The notes beneath the pieces were generated by a model. The model had not been told where the DNA came from, searched no databases, and saw nothing but the letters and a program-made list of their open reading frames with translations. A stretch of DNA of 64,000 nucleotides, from positions 2,400,001 to 2,464,000 of the forward strand of contig CM000154.2 of the NCBI GenBank assembly GCA_000004695.1. Direction: 5' to 3'. The stretch is from Dictyostelium discoideum. Its lineage: Eukaryota. Within the stretch, counting starts at the first letter, position 1; every line of letters starts with the position of its first letter. A program made the translations under genes and the position numbers. Positions 1 to 13,925 of this stretch are shown piece by piece.

Positions 1-678
1 ACTGCTATACCATTTGGAGGACCAGGTCAATCATTTGGAGGATCGGCTACAAGTGGTGGCTTTGGTAGCACTGCTCAATCATTTGGAGGTCCAAAACCAA
101 CCACAATTGGAAGCAGTGGTTTTGGTAGTACTGCTGTATCATTTGGAGGACCAGGTCAACCATTTGGAGGATCGGCCACAAGTGGTGGTTTTGGATCATC
201 AACACCACAATCAACTCCAGCTTTTCCAAGTTCATTTGGAATTGGAGGTAAATTTGCTGCTAAAATTCCACCATCAGCCTCTATCCCTGCTAGTGGTTTT
301 GTCCCTCTTGCCTCAAACATATCTGCAACTCCAACTGGTTTATTCAGCAATACCCAACATTCTCTAAAAAATATTCCACAAAATATGGGTGGTAGTAGTG
401 TATCAAACGTTTCTCTTTCTATTGCTAAACCTGCCACACTACTCAATTCTACACAATTCTTGGAATCCTCAGTTATGGCTCAATGTTTATACTTGGTAGA
501 TGATTTATCAACAACAAAGAAATTACCAGATCAAACCGTAAAAAGAATTAAAGAATTACTTTTCTCTCTTTATTTACCAATCTTTAATTGTTTTGAAGCT
601 TTCCTTTTAAATACAAATGAAAAAGCTTTAATTGAGAATCTTTTATTGGCTTTAAAAAATTATGATCAAAAACAATAA
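1..678 (+). CDS. 3' terminal part (about 225 codons, 5'-partial) of an FG/GFG-repeat nucleoporin-like protein; stop TAA at 676-678
   Basis: Frame 1 is open from base 1 to the TAA at 676-678. The translation carries repeated FGGPGQSFGGSATSGGFGS / GFGSTAxSFGG units typical of FG nucleoporins, followed by a non-repetitive C-terminal domain. Track ORF 14..367 is in another frame and is rejected; 385..678 is an internal Met in this same frame. Confidence 0.5.
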   Translation, partial: TAIPFGGPGQSFGGSATSGGFGSTAQSFGGPKPTTIGSSGFGSTAVSFGGPGQPFGGSATSGGFGSSTPQSTPAFPSSFGIGGKFAAKIPPSASIPASGFVPLASNISATPTGLFSNTQHSLKNIPQNMGGSSVSNVSLSIAKPATLLNSTQFLESSVMAQCLYLVDDLSTTKKLPDQTVKRIKELLFSLYLPIFNCFEAFLLNTNEKALIENLLLALKNYDQKQ

Positions 679-1827
679 GAGAAGAGGTTTTAATTAGAAA
701 AAAAAAAAAAAAATCTAAAAAAAAAAAAACAAAAATAAATAAAAAAAAAAAATATTATCTTTTAACTTTTTTTTTATTAAATTAATCATTTTAATTGTGA
801 TTGTTGGAAAAAAAAAATAAAAAAAAAAAAAAAATAAAAAAAAAAAAAATCTATTTTAAAAACTATTTTTAAATTATCTCCGATAAAAATTTAAATTTGA
901 CTTATTTTAAAAAGTAGTAGGACTTTAAAATTTTAATTAATTAAAAATAAAAAAATTAAAAATTTTAAAAATAAAAATAAAAATTAAAAAAAAAGAGATT
1001 TAAAGAAAAAAAAAAATAAAAAAATTGGTCAACCTTTATTTGTTTTTACAATTGTTTGAAAAGTTTGATTAAAAAATATTTAAATTAGTTATTTTATTAA
1101 AAAAATTAAAAAAAAAAAAAAGGAAAATTTTTTTTTTTTTTTTTTTTTGAGATTTTAAAATTTAAAAAGGAAACTTTGTAATCTTAAATTTTTTAGATTT
1201 AAAACCCCAAAAAAAAAATATAAAAAAAAAAAAAAAAATTAAAAAAAAATAAAATTTTTTACCCCCCACCCAGATCAACTGAATCAAACAATTAAAACCC
1301 CAACTTTTGATGATTAACTGACAAATTTCCCAACAATTAACTTTTTTAAAAAAAAAATTATTTAAAAAAAAAAAAAAAAAAAAAAAACCAATTAAATTTT
1401 GAGGATGAGGTGGTTTTCGTTTACCATTATAATAGGCTCAAAATTACAATCACAAAAATGATTTATTTTTTCTATCATATTCAACCTCTTTATTATAACT
1501 GATTTTCAAAGAATTAAAAAAAAAAAATAATAATAATAATAAAAATAATAATATTAGATAAATCACTTACTCCAAATTTGAACCAACACAAGATTTCTCA
1601 TCCATGTAAAAAAATTATAATCACAATCATAACAATAATAATATTTTTTTTTTTTTTTTTAATAAATATTAATAAAAATAAAAAAATAATTAAAAATTAA
1701 ATAATATTATTTAAATTTTAATCACGTTTATCATTCAAAATAGTTCTCTCTCTGATTGATTTTTTTTCCTCACCACCATACTATAAAAAAAAAAAATAAA
1801 AAAATAATATTAAAAATAAATTTTATA

Positions 1828-1873
<46 letters not shown>

Positions 1874-2109
1874 AGATCAATTGTTTTATTTTTTTTATTC
1901 ATTTTTGTATTTTATTAAATCAACAAGAAAAAAAAAATTAAAATACCTCAACAATTTTTACTAAATCACATATATAAACTTATTTATATATGTTTTTATT
2001 TTTAATTTATTGACCTCAATTGTATTATATCATATATATATATTTATATATTAATTATTCGAAATTAATATAAAAAATTGTAATAATATTTTTTTAATGT
2101 AATCTAAAA

Positions 2110-2146
<37 letters not shown>

Positions 2147-2264
2147 AGTAATAAAAAAAAATAAATAAGAAAAAATAAAAACAAAAATAAAAATAAAAAA
2201 ATTAAAAATAACCCGGAAATCACTTTTTTTTTTTTAATTTAATTTTTTTTAATTTTAATTTTAA

Positions 2265-2295
<31 letters not shown>

Positions 2296-2420
2296 ACCCT
2301 AATAACTAAATAAAAAAAAAAAATAATAATAATAAAATTAAAAATAGATAATTTTAAAATTTTTTGTTGTATAATAGATGTTTTTAAAAAAAAAATTAAA
2401 AACTTAATAAAAAAAAAAAA

Positions 2421-2551
2421 ATGTTTAATAATAATAATAATGATAAAATTAATAATACAATGATGTCAAATAATCCAAGCGGCCAAATTATTAATTTAGA
2501 ATCAATTGATTGTAATAGTAATTTAAGTAATACTACTAGTATTAAAGATTC

Positions 2552-2592
<41 letters not shown>

Positions 2593-2814
2593 TTAATAAT
2601 AATATTAATAAAATCAATCCAAATATTGATAGAAAAGTATTGGATGATTTTAATAGTAAAAGTATAAAAATAATTGATAATAAATTAAATAAAAAAAATA
2701 GTAAAAAAAATTTATATAGTAAGGAAGTTGATGATGACATCAACAAAATTAATTTAAATAAAAAAATAATTCCAAATGAAACCAATAGCAATAATAGCAA
2801 TAATAATAATAATA

Positions 2815-2855
<41 letters not shown>

Positions 2856-3516
2856 TTTAATTACAATAATAATATAAATAGTAATAATAATATTATTAAT
2901 AATAATAATAATATTAATAATAATAGTAACAATAACAATAACAATAATAATAATAATTCAATATCGCTATATGTGGATACACAAGAAAAGTCAAAAAAAA
3001 AAGTAAATGCTGAATCTTTAAGAGGTCCAATAATATTCCAAAATTTTATTCTTTATACTTTTTTTTTAATTGTAATTGGTACTGCTGAAGGAACCAGTTG
3101 GGCACCTGAAATTAGAGTAGCGAATTTTGTTCCATGTAAGTATTTTTTTTTTTCCATTTCTTTTTAAAAAAAAAAATAAAATAAAATAAAAATAGTAAAA
3201 AAAAAAAAATAAAATAAAAATAAAAATAATTTTTGTCTAAGGATAGAAATTTGTTTTTTTTTTTTTTTTTCATTTTTTTTTTTTAAATTTTTAATTGAAA
3301 AAAATGACACAATTATCAATAACCTCTTTGGGAATATGGTTTTTTTTTTTTTTTTACTAATTTTGGTTTAAAATACTATTTTTTCAGATTGCGTTATGTG
3401 TGTCGTTTTACTAGAATTTAATCGGTTACATAAGAAACCTTTACTAAGGATAATATTTCCATTATATACCTCAAATATTCCATTTGCCTATATGTGTATT
3501 TTTTCAAGAGAGGCTC
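2421..3516 (+). CDS. Asn-rich membrane protein of unknown function; exons 2421..3135 and 3388..3516, with the 3' end unresolved
   Basis: ATG at 2421 opens a long poly-N ORF that ends in a hydrophobic segment (IIFQNFILYTFFLIVIGTAEG). A GTAAGT donor sits at 3136 in phase 1. An acceptor ttttttcag at 3385-3387 restores the frame (..VPC/YCVMCVVLLEF..). A second GTAAGT follows at 3517, after which I could not find a convincing downstream exon. Confidence 0.4.
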
Positions 3517-3550
3517 GTAAGTGTTTTATAAAAAAAAAAAAAAAAAAAGG

Positions 3551-3589
<39 letters not shown>

Positions 3590-3880
3590 ATTTCAAAAAA
3601 TATGAAAACTAATTTTTTTTTTTTTTAATTTTTCTTTTTTAATGGGTTCCCACATTATTTATATATTTATATATCCAATTTTTTTTTTTTTTTTTTTTAA
3701 AATGGATGGTTAAATTTTATTATTTTTATCAATTTATTAATTGTTTAAAAAATTTATTTTTTTTTTTGTTTTTTTTATACTGTTTTTTTTGTTTTTTTTT
3801 GTTTTTTTTTTGCTTTTCTATTTTTTTTTTACCTTTTTGTTTAATAATATTAAAAAAAACTCTTTTCTTTTATAAATCTT

Positions 3881-3925
<45 letters not shown>

Positions 3926-4148
3926 AAACTATTTTTTTATTTTTTAATTTTTTTTTTTTTTTTTTTTTGCCTATAAAAAAATTTTTATTTATATATATAT
4001 ATATTTATATGACATAATTTAATCATTTTTATTTTTTATTTTTTTTTTTTCCCAAAAAATCATTTTTAATTTTATAATTGAATGAAAAAAAAAATAACAA
4101 TCAAAACCAAAATCAAAATTTTAATCAAAAAAAAAAAAAAAAAAAAAA

Positions 4149-4671
4149 ATGATTATATATTATTTTTTAATAATTTTATTTTTAATTATAAAAGATGTTT
4201 TAATTTCATTATTATTTTTTGCAAGTTGTTTATGTATATTTTTACAAAGTGGTATACCAGATCTAAGAAAACATATTGTTATATTTTGTATTATATTTAT
4301 GATTAATTATGGATGTTGTATTTTATTTATGGATTGGTTTTATATTGATACCACCGGAACCAAACCATACAGAGGTAGAATTTTAGCAACCAAAATTCAT
4401 TGGGGTGAAGAAGCAACCATTCTCGTTAGTATGGCATTATTAGGTTGCATTTTTATTGTTTTGGAGAAATTCATTAAATCTTATGCAAGATGTGTAGCTG
4501 AACAACATTATCAAATTCAATGTTTACAAAAAGAAAAAGAAAAACTACAAACTGAAATTAATATTTCTTTAAAAAAATTAGATCTTGATACACCAATCGA
4601 AAAAATTATGGATATATTAAGATCAATGATTAATACATCTGGTAAGTATTTTTCATAATATTTTTGGATCG

Positions 4672-4702
<31 letters not shown>

Positions 4703-5759
4703 TAATTATTATTTTTTTTTTTTTTAAAAATTTAAAAGAAAGCGAAAATGATAAAAAGCAATTAATTAAAGTTATTGCAGTTTTAGGATCAAATAAATTA
4801 TATGATCCTGATTTTAAATTTGAAACATGTACAGATGATGCAGAAGTTTATTCTTGGTTACAATCAATGTTAAATAGAGAAGTTGGATATAGTAATGTTA
4901 ATAATAATAATAATATGATGATGATTGAAAATAACAATAATAATACTATAATCAATAATAATTTAATTGAACCAACATCACCAAATTTTTCAAAGAAATT
5001 AACAAGTAGTGATTTAATACCAAGAATTAGATCAATGCCAGAGATAACAGATCAAGGTATTCAGGAATTAATAATTAATAATTTTTTAGAATGGGATTTT
5101 CCAGTTTTTCAATTAAGTGAAATTACCGATGGTAATCCATTATTTTATATGTCATATTTTTTATTTAGTAGACATAAATTCTTTGAAAAGTTTAAAATCG
5201 GTATTGACTGTTTTAAAAATTTTATGCGTAAAATTGAATCTGGTTATGATTCAACCAATCCATATCATAATTCAATTCATGCAACTGATGTATTACATAA
5301 TTTAAATTATTTCATTGAGAAGAGTTTTGGTAAATTCTTAACTGATATTGAACTATTTTCAATGATATTGGCTGCCATAATCCATGATTTCAAACATCCA
5401 GGTGTAAACAACCATTTTCAAATTAATTCAAAATCAAGATTAGCTTTAAAATATAATGATAAATCAATTTTAGAAAATTATCATTTACATCAAGCTTTCA
5501 TCATTATGAATGAACCTGAATCTGGTATACTTTTAAAATTATCTGATTCTGTTAGAAAAGAAATTAGAGAAACAATAATTGCTTTAGTTTTATCAACTGA
5601 TATGGCAAAACATTTTAATTTAGTTGGTAGATTTAAATCAATGGCTAATAGTTTCCCAACAACAACTAATACCCAACAACCTTCTTCTTCCTCTTCTTCC
5701 TCTTCATCAACAACAATTCCAACTTCAACAATAACTCCAACTCCAAATTCAACAACCTC

Positions 5760-5797
<38 letters not shown>

Positions 5798-6561
5798 ATA
5801 ATAATAATAATAATAATTCAAATAATAATAGTTTAAATAATATTATTAATAATTGTAGTAGTAGTAATGGTAGTATGGGTGCCAGTGGTGCTGATAATAG
5901 TAATAGTAATAATACCAATAATAGTAATAGTAATAATCAAAATCAATGTGGTTCAAGTATTTTCTTGAATTCAAATAAAAAAGATCGTTTATTATTAATG
6001 AAAATATCGATTAAATGTGCAGATATTTCAAATCCTTCAAAACCATGGAATCTTTATACAAATTGGTCAAATAGAGTCACAAGTGAATTCTATAAACAAG
6101 GTGATAAAGAAAAAGAAAGTAATATGGATGTTTCTGCTTTTATGGATAGAAATAAACCTGCAACTACAAAATGTCAAATTAATTTTATCAATATTTTTGT
6201 TGCTCCAATTTATGAAATTTGGTCTCACCATTTTCCACAATTTAAATTATGTTATCAAAATATTTTATCAAATTTATCAAGATTAGAAATTGAACAACAA
6301 CAACAATTACAACTTCAACAACAACAACAACAACAATTGCAACAACAACAACAACAACAACAACAAATTCATCAACAACAACAACAACAACTTCATCATC
6401 ATCAACAACAGCAACAATTTCAACATCAACAACATCAACAACAACTTCAACATCAACATCAACAACAATTGAATAATCAAAATCAAAATCAAAATCAAAG
6501 TAATAGTAATAATAGTAATAGTTTTGGTTTAACTCAATCAAATTATTTAATTGTTGTTTAA
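4149..6561 (+). CDS. pde4: Class I (HD-type) 3',5'-cyclic-nucleotide phosphodiesterase with an N-terminal leader plus two TM segments and a coiled-coil, then a Q/N-rich tail. Exons 4149..4641 and 4739..6561 give 771 aa
   Basis: The catalytic domain carries the class I signatures YHNSIHATDV and HDFKHPGVNNHF. Exon 1 encodes three hydrophobic helices and ends in a GTAAGT donor at 4642 in phase 1. The acceptor AG at 4737-4738 keeps the frame (..NTSE/ENDKKQLIK..). An in-frame TAA at 4122 makes the ATG at 4149 the 5' limit. The topology excludes RegA (no receiver domain) and the small cytosolic Pde3, so the pde4 symbol is an inference. Confidence 0.65.
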
Positions 6562-6941
6562 AAAAAAAAAAAAAAAAAAAAAATTAATGTATTAAATATT
6601 GTAGCAAAAAAAAAAAAAAAAAAAAACAAATAAAAAAACAAATAAAAATTTAAATAATCAAAAAAAATAAATAAATAATGATAAAATAAAAGTTTAGATT
6701 TAAATAAAAAAAATAAAAAATCATCAAATGTTATTTTTTTTTTTTTTAATTAATGTTGTGATATTTAACAATTTTTAAAAAAAAAAGGCCAAAATCTCAA
6801 AATTCGATTTACAAAAAATGTGGTTAAAAAATCTTTACAACATAAAAGGTGAAGTAAATTAGATTAATTTAAATATTATTTTATTTTTTTTATATTTATT
6901 AATTTTTTTTTAATTATTATGTTTTTTATGTTTTATGTTTT

Positions 6942-6984
<43 letters not shown>

Positions 6985-7680
6985 AGGGGTTAATATAAGT
7001 TGATCAGACATATATTTAAAAGGGGTTGAAAAAAAAAAAAAAGAGAAAAAAAAAAAAAAAAAAAAAATAATTGTAATTTATTTTTTATTATAAACAACTA
7101 GTAACCCAAAATAAAACAATCAAAAAAAAAAAAAAAAAAAAAAAAAAAAGAAAACAAAACAATATAATATTGTTAAATTATTAGATTCTATCTTACCTAT
7201 TTTGTGATTTATTTTTTAAATAATTTTAAATAGATTAAAAAATAATGACTTTAAAATGTCTGTTGGTAAAGTACGTGTGTACATCATGGTTTTAAAAATA
7301 AAAATAATAAAAAATAAAAAAAATAAAAAAAAATATTAAAATTTGGATATATATTTTTTTTTTTTTTGGATTTTCTAACTTTACTACTAAATATTTTTAA
7401 TTTACTTATTATTTTAGTTTTATTTTTATTTTATTTTTATTTTAATTTTTTAAAAAAAAAAACAAAACAATTATTTAATCAAAAAATTTTGATTTGATTT
7501 TTTTTTTTTTTTTTTTTTTTTTTACTAATAATAATTTTCAATCTATTTTTTATTAAATATCTAACAAATAAATATTTTATTTGATCATATAATTATTTTT
7601 TATTTTTTTTAAAAAAAAATAAAAATAAAAAAGAAATTTAAAAAATATAAAAAAAATAAAAAATAAATAAAAATTGGAAA

Positions 7681-7925
7681 ATGTCGGAATTGGAATTAAA
7701 TCAAATTCACGATGGTAATAAATTATTAATTTAAAATTAAATTAATTAAAAATTTATATATTAATTTTTTTTTTTTTTTTTTTTTAGAAAAAGAAAATGA
7801 TACTGTTTTACAAGAACAAACACCAAATCAAGTTGGTACAAATATAATACATGATACACCAAGTTTAAATGAAGAACAGGATATACCATCATCATCATTT
7901 TCAACGAATTTACAAAATAATAATA

Positions 7926-7956
<31 letters not shown>

Positions 7957-9472
7957 TTTAAATAATAATAATAATTTTAATAATATAATAAATAGTATGA
8001 ATACAAATTATAATAATTTAGGTAAACAATCAAATTTAATAATGGATAGTAATGAATCATTAAATTCAGCACTTCATAATTCAAATATATCATCATCAGC
8101 ACCATATAATGAATTTTCAACTAAAAATTCAGTTGATGAAATTTTATTATTTAATAAACCACCATCATTATCATCATTATCATTTAGAATTGTAATTTCT
8201 TGGTTATTTGGATTGGTTTCAATGATAATATTAATGTTATTTAATCCATCACATCCTATGCAATTTATTTGGGGTGTACTTTGTATTGGGTGTGGTATGA
8301 CAGCAATATTTGCAATCACATGGAGTTCATTATTATTGAAATTTCCAATTACATTTTTAATTACATTTGCAACTACAATCTATTGGGTTGGCACACCAAT
8401 AACATGGCAAATTCTTTATGTGATCAATATGTATCCACCACCAATCGGTGTATTTACTTGTATTTTCCCATTTGAAGGTTTATCATTGGTCTTGGTATGT
8501 CTATTGATTCCAAGAGTGATTCGTAATAAAAATGGGTATAAAAAAAAGGTTATCTCTGCATTTTCATCATTGGTTGCACCTTATTTAAGTTTTGTAAGTG
8601 GGTTGATTTATTTTAGACTTTTCCAATATTCAAATAATGTTGGTCGTATTTTACTTCCACCAGTTTACACTGTAGTTATGAAAGTCATTCAATTAGGTCT
8701 TGATGTTATTTGTATTCGTTGTGCTCACTCTGGTTCTAATTTATTGATTATCATTGGTCGTATCATCGCTTCCTACTATTCATTCGCTGTGTTATCATTT
8801 GCAAAGAATCCAGTCTCATTGGTTTCTGTGGTACTCTCAAAATTTGGTTTGCACATTTTCATGGCAATTTTTATTATTTTCCCATCGATTGAAACAAAGG
8901 TGATCTCAATGTTACCAAAATCATTGATTGATTGGAAAAATACTTTTGAAAAAGGTCATCATGAGAAAGATCCAAATGAAGCCGAAGCTATGAATGAATT
9001 CGATAGAATGGCCTTGGAAAATGATCCAGTATATACAAAAATTCATACCAAAGGTACAAATCTTTGGTTCTCTCAATTCTCTGATATCCTTGCAATCTTA
9101 ATGGCCCTCTCAGTTTATACAATGGGTCGTTATGGTCCAACTAATAATCATTATAATTCAATGTTTCCATTTGATAATAATTCTCATATCTTGGGTATTG
9201 AAGACTCTTTTCATGTTTTCTTAATTTTCCTTTCAGTTTGTTTCGTTTCTCTAATTATCATCTATGGTGGTATGTGGATAGTTTTATCACGTTTCATTAA
9301 AACTTTGGAAATTAGAAAAATCATTGCTCTCATTAGTGTAAATTGGTTCCCACTTCATCATTTTTATGTTAGTTGTATCAATTTTATGATGGGTTATGTG
9401 ATTGTTGTTGTCGCTCTTATGCCTGATCTATTTTATATTCCTGGAATTGATTTTTGGAATACTTCAAATTAA
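7681..9472 (+). CDS. Polytopic (about 10 TM) membrane protein of unknown function; exons 7681..7714 and 7788..9472
   Basis: A long ORF is rich in hydrophobic helices. The frame stays open upstream of the track Met (7997) back to an acceptor tttttag at 7786-7787. A mini first exon ATGTCGGAATTGGAATTAAATCAAATTCACGATG ends at a GT donor (GGTAATA) in phase 1 and joins in frame (MSELELNQIHD/EKENDTVLQEQ..). Confidence 0.55.
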
Positions 9473-10247
9473 ATAATTTAAATAAAAAAAATAAAAAAAA
9501 AATAAAAAAATAAAAAAAAAAACAATTATAATAAAAATAATTACAGAAAAATAAAAAAATAATAATAATAAAAATAACTAAAAAAAAAAAAAATTAATAT
9601 TTAAATAATAACTAAAAAAAAAAAAAAAAAAAAAAAAATAAAAGTAAAATTATTTATACAAAAAAATTAAAAACGATTTGTTAAATATGAATTAAGATAT
9701 TTTATAAAAAACAAAACAATTTTATAAAAAAAAAAAAAAAAAAAAAATGGTTTCCAGTTCAAATGAAAATTTTTACCCATGGGTCTTTTTTTCAACAGTG
9801 TTTTTATTATAATGTACACAAAAAAAAAAAAAAATTTAATTTTTTAATTTTTTTAATTTTAATTTTTTTAATGGGGAATTTTTTTTTTTTTTTTTTTTTT
9901 TCCAACAAAAATATTTTCGCATCATTAGTTTAAAAGTTTAGTTTTTTTTTCATTTTATAAAAAAGTTTATTTATATATATTTTTATAAATCTTTTTTTTA
10001 AAAAAAAAAAAAACTTTAGGAAGTAAAAAAAAAAAAAAAAAAATTAATAAACTTTTCATTTTTTTTTTTATTTTTGGATTTTTATTTATTTATTTATTTA
10101 TTTTTAAAACCCACCCAATTTAAAAAATCAATTTGATTTTTTATTTGAAAAAAAAAAAAAAAAAAAAAAATTTTTTTTTACCACATTGTAAATCAAAAAA
10201 AAAACAAAATTTTTATTCATTTTTTTTAAAAAAAAAAACAATTAAAA

Positions 10248-10634
10248 ATGGTAAATAAAAACAGAACTAATTTTTTTATCTATATTTTTATTTTTTTTTG
10301 GGTCATCATTTATTAACTTTTTTTTTTTTTTTTTTTTTTAATTTTTTTTGTTTTTATTTTTGGCAATCAAAATCATTTTTTTATTTTGGATTTTATAATT
10401 TTTAGTCAAAAAAAGTTCAAGCCAAACAAGGTACGGATGATCTTGTTATGCTTCCCAAAGTTTCGGAAGATGAAATTTGTGAAAATTTAAAAAAAAGATA
10501 TATGAATGATTTTATTTATGTAAGTATTTTACTTTTTTTTTAATTTTCTAAACAAAAAAAAAAAAGTCAATAAAATAATTGTTATTAATTTTTTTTTTTT
10601 TTTTTTTTAATCAAATAAATAAAATAAAATAAAA

Positions 10635-10666
<32 letters not shown>

Positions 10667-13600
10667 AATAAAATAAAATAAATAAAAAAAAAATTTTAAA
10701 AAAAAGACAAATATTGGTCCAGTATTAATTTCAGTTAATCCATTTAGAAATTTAAATAATTCAGGACCAGATTTTATTGAAGCATATAGAGGTAAACATG
10801 CACAAGAAGTACCACCACATGTTTATCAATTAGCAGAATCAGCATACAGAGCAATGAAGAATGATCAAGAGAATCAATGTGTAATTATTTCTGGTGAATC
10901 TGGTGCAGGTAAAACAGAGGCAGCAAAATTGATTATGGGGTATGTTAGTGCAATTAGTGGTTCTACAGAGAAAGTAGAATATGTTAAACATGTAATTTTA
11001 GAATCCAATCCATTGTTAGAAGCATTTGGTAATGCAAAGACCTTACGTAATAATAATTCTTCACGTTTTGGTAAATATTTTGAGATTCAATTCGATAAGG
11101 CAGGTGATCCAGTTGGTGGTAAAATTTACAATTACCTTTTGGAGAAATCACGTGTAGTCTATCAAAATCCAGGTGAACGTAATTTCCATATTTTCTATCA
11201 ACTTTTAGCAGGTGCATCAGCTCAAGAGAAAAGAGATTACGTTTTATCATCACCAGAGAGTTATTATTATCTCAATCAATCCCAATGTTATACAGTCGAT
11301 GGTATTAATGATGTCTCTGATTATGCAGAGGTTAGACAAGCTATGGATACGATTGGTTTAACCGCTCAAGAACAAAGTGATATAATTAGAATTGTAGCCT
11401 GTGTACTTCATATTGGTAATATTTATTTCATTGAAGATGATAAAGGTAATGCTGCAATTTACGATCCAAATGCATTGGAATTGGCTGCAAGTATGCTTTG
11501 TATCGATAGTGCAACACTTCAAAATGCTATCCTTTTCCGTGTAATTAATACTGGTGGTGCTGGTGGTGCTGGTAATCGTCGTTCAACCTATAACGTTCCA
11601 CAAAATGTTGAACAAGCCAATGGTACAAGAGATGCATTGGCTCGTACAATTTATGATCGTATGTTCTCTTGGTTGGTAGAAAGAGTCAATCAATCTTTAT
11701 CATACTATAAATCACCATATCAAAATGTTATTGGTATTTTAGATATTTTCGGTTTTGAAATCTTTGAAAAGAATGGTTTCGAACAATTTTGTATCAATTT
11801 TGTAAATGAAAAACTTCAACAATTCTTTATTGAATTAACTTTAAAAGCAGAACAAGAAGAGTACGTTCGTGAAGGTATTAAATGGGAACCAATTAAATAT
11901 TTCAACAATCAAATCGTATGTGATTTAATCGAAGGTAAATCACCACCTGGTATTTTCAGTTTATTGGATGATATTTGTTCAACTCTTCATGCTCAATCAA
12001 CTGGTACCGATCAAAAGTTTTTAGAGAAAATGGCCGGTATTTATGATGGTCATTTACATTGGAGAGGTATGACTGGTGCTTTCGCAATTAAACATTATGC
12101 TGGTGAAGTAACTTATGAGGCTGAGGGTTTCTCTGATAAGAATAAAGATACATTATTCTTTGATTTAATTGAAGCCATTCAATGTAGTAAAATGCCTTTC
12201 CTTGCTTCACTTTTCAATGAAGATACTGGTTCCCTTCAAAAGAAAAGACCAACCACAGCTGGTTTCAAAATTAAAACAAGTGCTGGTGAATTAATGAAAG
12301 CCCTTTCACAATGTACACCACATTATATTCGTTGTATTAAACCAAATGAAACCAAAAAAGCCAAAGATTGGGAAAATTCACGTGTTAAACATCAAGTTCA
12401 ATATTTGGGTCTTTTAGAGAATGTTAGAGTTAGAAGAGCAGGTTTCGCCTACAGAAATACATTTGATAAAGTATTAAAACGTTACAAGAAACTTTCAAGT
12501 AAAACTTGGGGTATTTGGGGTGAATGGAAAGGTGATGCAATCGAAGGTTGTAAAACCATTTTCCAAGATATGAATTTAGAAGCTGGTCAATGGCAATTGG
12601 GTAAAACCAAAGTATTCATTCGTCATCCAGAAACTGTATTCTTATTAGAGGAAGCATTGGATAAGAAAGATTTCGATTGTACTGCTAAAATTCAAAAAGC
12701 ATTCCGTAATTGGAAAGCAAAGAAACATTCTTTGGAACAAAGAGCTCAAATCGCTCATATGTTTAAAGATAAAAAAGAAAGACAAAGAAATTCAATCGAT
12801 AGAAAGTTCACTAGTGATTACATTGACTTTGAAAATCAATTTGGTTTACAAGAGGCAATGCAAAATGCACACAAGAAAGAAAGAGTCGTTTTCGCTGACA
12901 CTGTCATAAAGATTGATCGTCGTGCCAAACAAAAGAATTATGAAATGGTTTTAACAGATCAAGCACTCTACTTTGTTGAGAAATCAATAAAGAAGAAAGT
13001 TTTGGTTCATACTTTGATTCGTCGTGTTGGTTTACGTGAAATTAAAGGTGTTTCAATCTCTACTCTCTCTGATAATGTCATTGTTTTCCATTTACCAGAG
13101 CATGATCAAGTCATTGAAAATGATAAGAAAACTGAAATCATCATTGTTTTGGTTGAATATTTCAAAGCAATTGGAGGTGGTTCATTAAATGTTCAATTCT
13201 CTGATAGAATCAATTACACTTTGAAAAAAGGTGAACAAAAAGAAATCTCTTTCCAAAAATCTGAACAATGTCCAACTTTAGTCGTTAAAAAAGGTGGTAA
13301 AGGTTTAATTGGTACAATCGCTTCTGGTTTACCAAGTTCAACTGATTCAACTCCAAAGAATTATAATCCAAACTCAATGTCACAAGCTTCTTCTCGTCCT
13401 GCCCCACAACAAAGTGCTGGTAGAGGTAGAGGTATGCCACAAGGTGCTGGTCAACCACAACCACAACAACCACAACAACAACAAAGACCAATGCCACAAC
13501 CACAACAAGGTGGTGGTGCTCGTCCAATGCCACAACCACAACAAGGTGGTGGTGCTCGTCCAATGGGTGCACCACAACAAGGTGGCGCTCCACAACAAGG

Positions 13601-13925
13601 TGCTGGTCGTCAATTACCACAACCAACTCAACAAGGTGGCGCTCCAGGTGGTAGAGGTGCTCCAATGGGTAGGGGTGCTCCAGGCGGTGGCCCAGCAGGT
13701 GCTGGTGGAAGACCATTACCAACTGTTGCTAAACCAGCTCCACAACCATCAAGACCAACTGCAAAAGCACTCTACGATTATGATGCAAGTTCAACTGATG
13801 AATTATCATTTAAAGAAGGTGATATCATTTTTATCGTTCAAAAAGATAATGGTGGTTGGACTCAAGGTGAATTAAAATCTGGTCAAAAAGGTTGGGCTCC
13901 AACAAATTATTTACAATATAATTAA
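10248..13925 (+). CDS. myoB: Long-tailed class I myosin heavy chain (motor, IQ, TH1, GPQ-rich TH2, C-terminal SH3). Exons 10248..10250 (ATG only), 10406..10519 and 10707..13925 total 1111 aa
   Basis: P-loop GESGAGKTEAAK, switch and actin-binding motifs are present. The C-terminus is the SH3 sequence ALYDYDASSTDELSFKEGDIIFIVQKDNGGW. The ATG is followed directly by a GTAAAT intron. Exon 2 (SKKVQAKQGTDDLVMLPKVSEDEICENLKKRYMNDFIY) ends in GTAAGT. Exon 3 starts TNIGPVLISVNPF. The assembled length of 1111 aa and the N-terminus match my recollection of Dictyostelium MyoB. Confidence 0.8.

Noticed and set aside
14-367. Track ORF (117 aa, MEDQVNHLED...) at the window start
   Set aside because: It starts at TTG and is in frame 2. 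The real coding frame is frame 1 (FG-repeat protein, 1..678); this ORF is a repeat-driven alternate-frame artefact.
1756-4306. Poly-Lys and poly-Phe ORFs (1756..1941, 3706..3924, 4082..4306, 2396..2800 antisense)
   Set aside because: They are translations of oligo(A)/oligo(T) intergenic or intronic tracts, with some TTG starts, and have no complexity.
5490-6541. Antisense and alternate-frame ORFs inside the PDE gene (5117..5305, 5490..5918, 6017..6286, 6242..6541, 6290..6472, 6307..6498)
   Set aside because: They are artefacts of the poly-S/T/N/Q coding repeats of the class I PDE C-terminal region.
10101-10110. Possible DUSE-like (CCCAYAA) ncRNA upstream elements at about 10104 (acccacccaa) and about 1265 (ccccacccag)
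   Set aside because: They do not match the consensus exactly and have no downstream structured-RNA candidate.
13285-13875. Overlapping ORFs 13285..13722(-), 13309..13875(+) and 13380..13613(-) inside the myosin tail
   Set aside because: They are alternate-frame and antisense artefacts of the repetitive GPQ-rich TH2-domain coding sequence of myoB.
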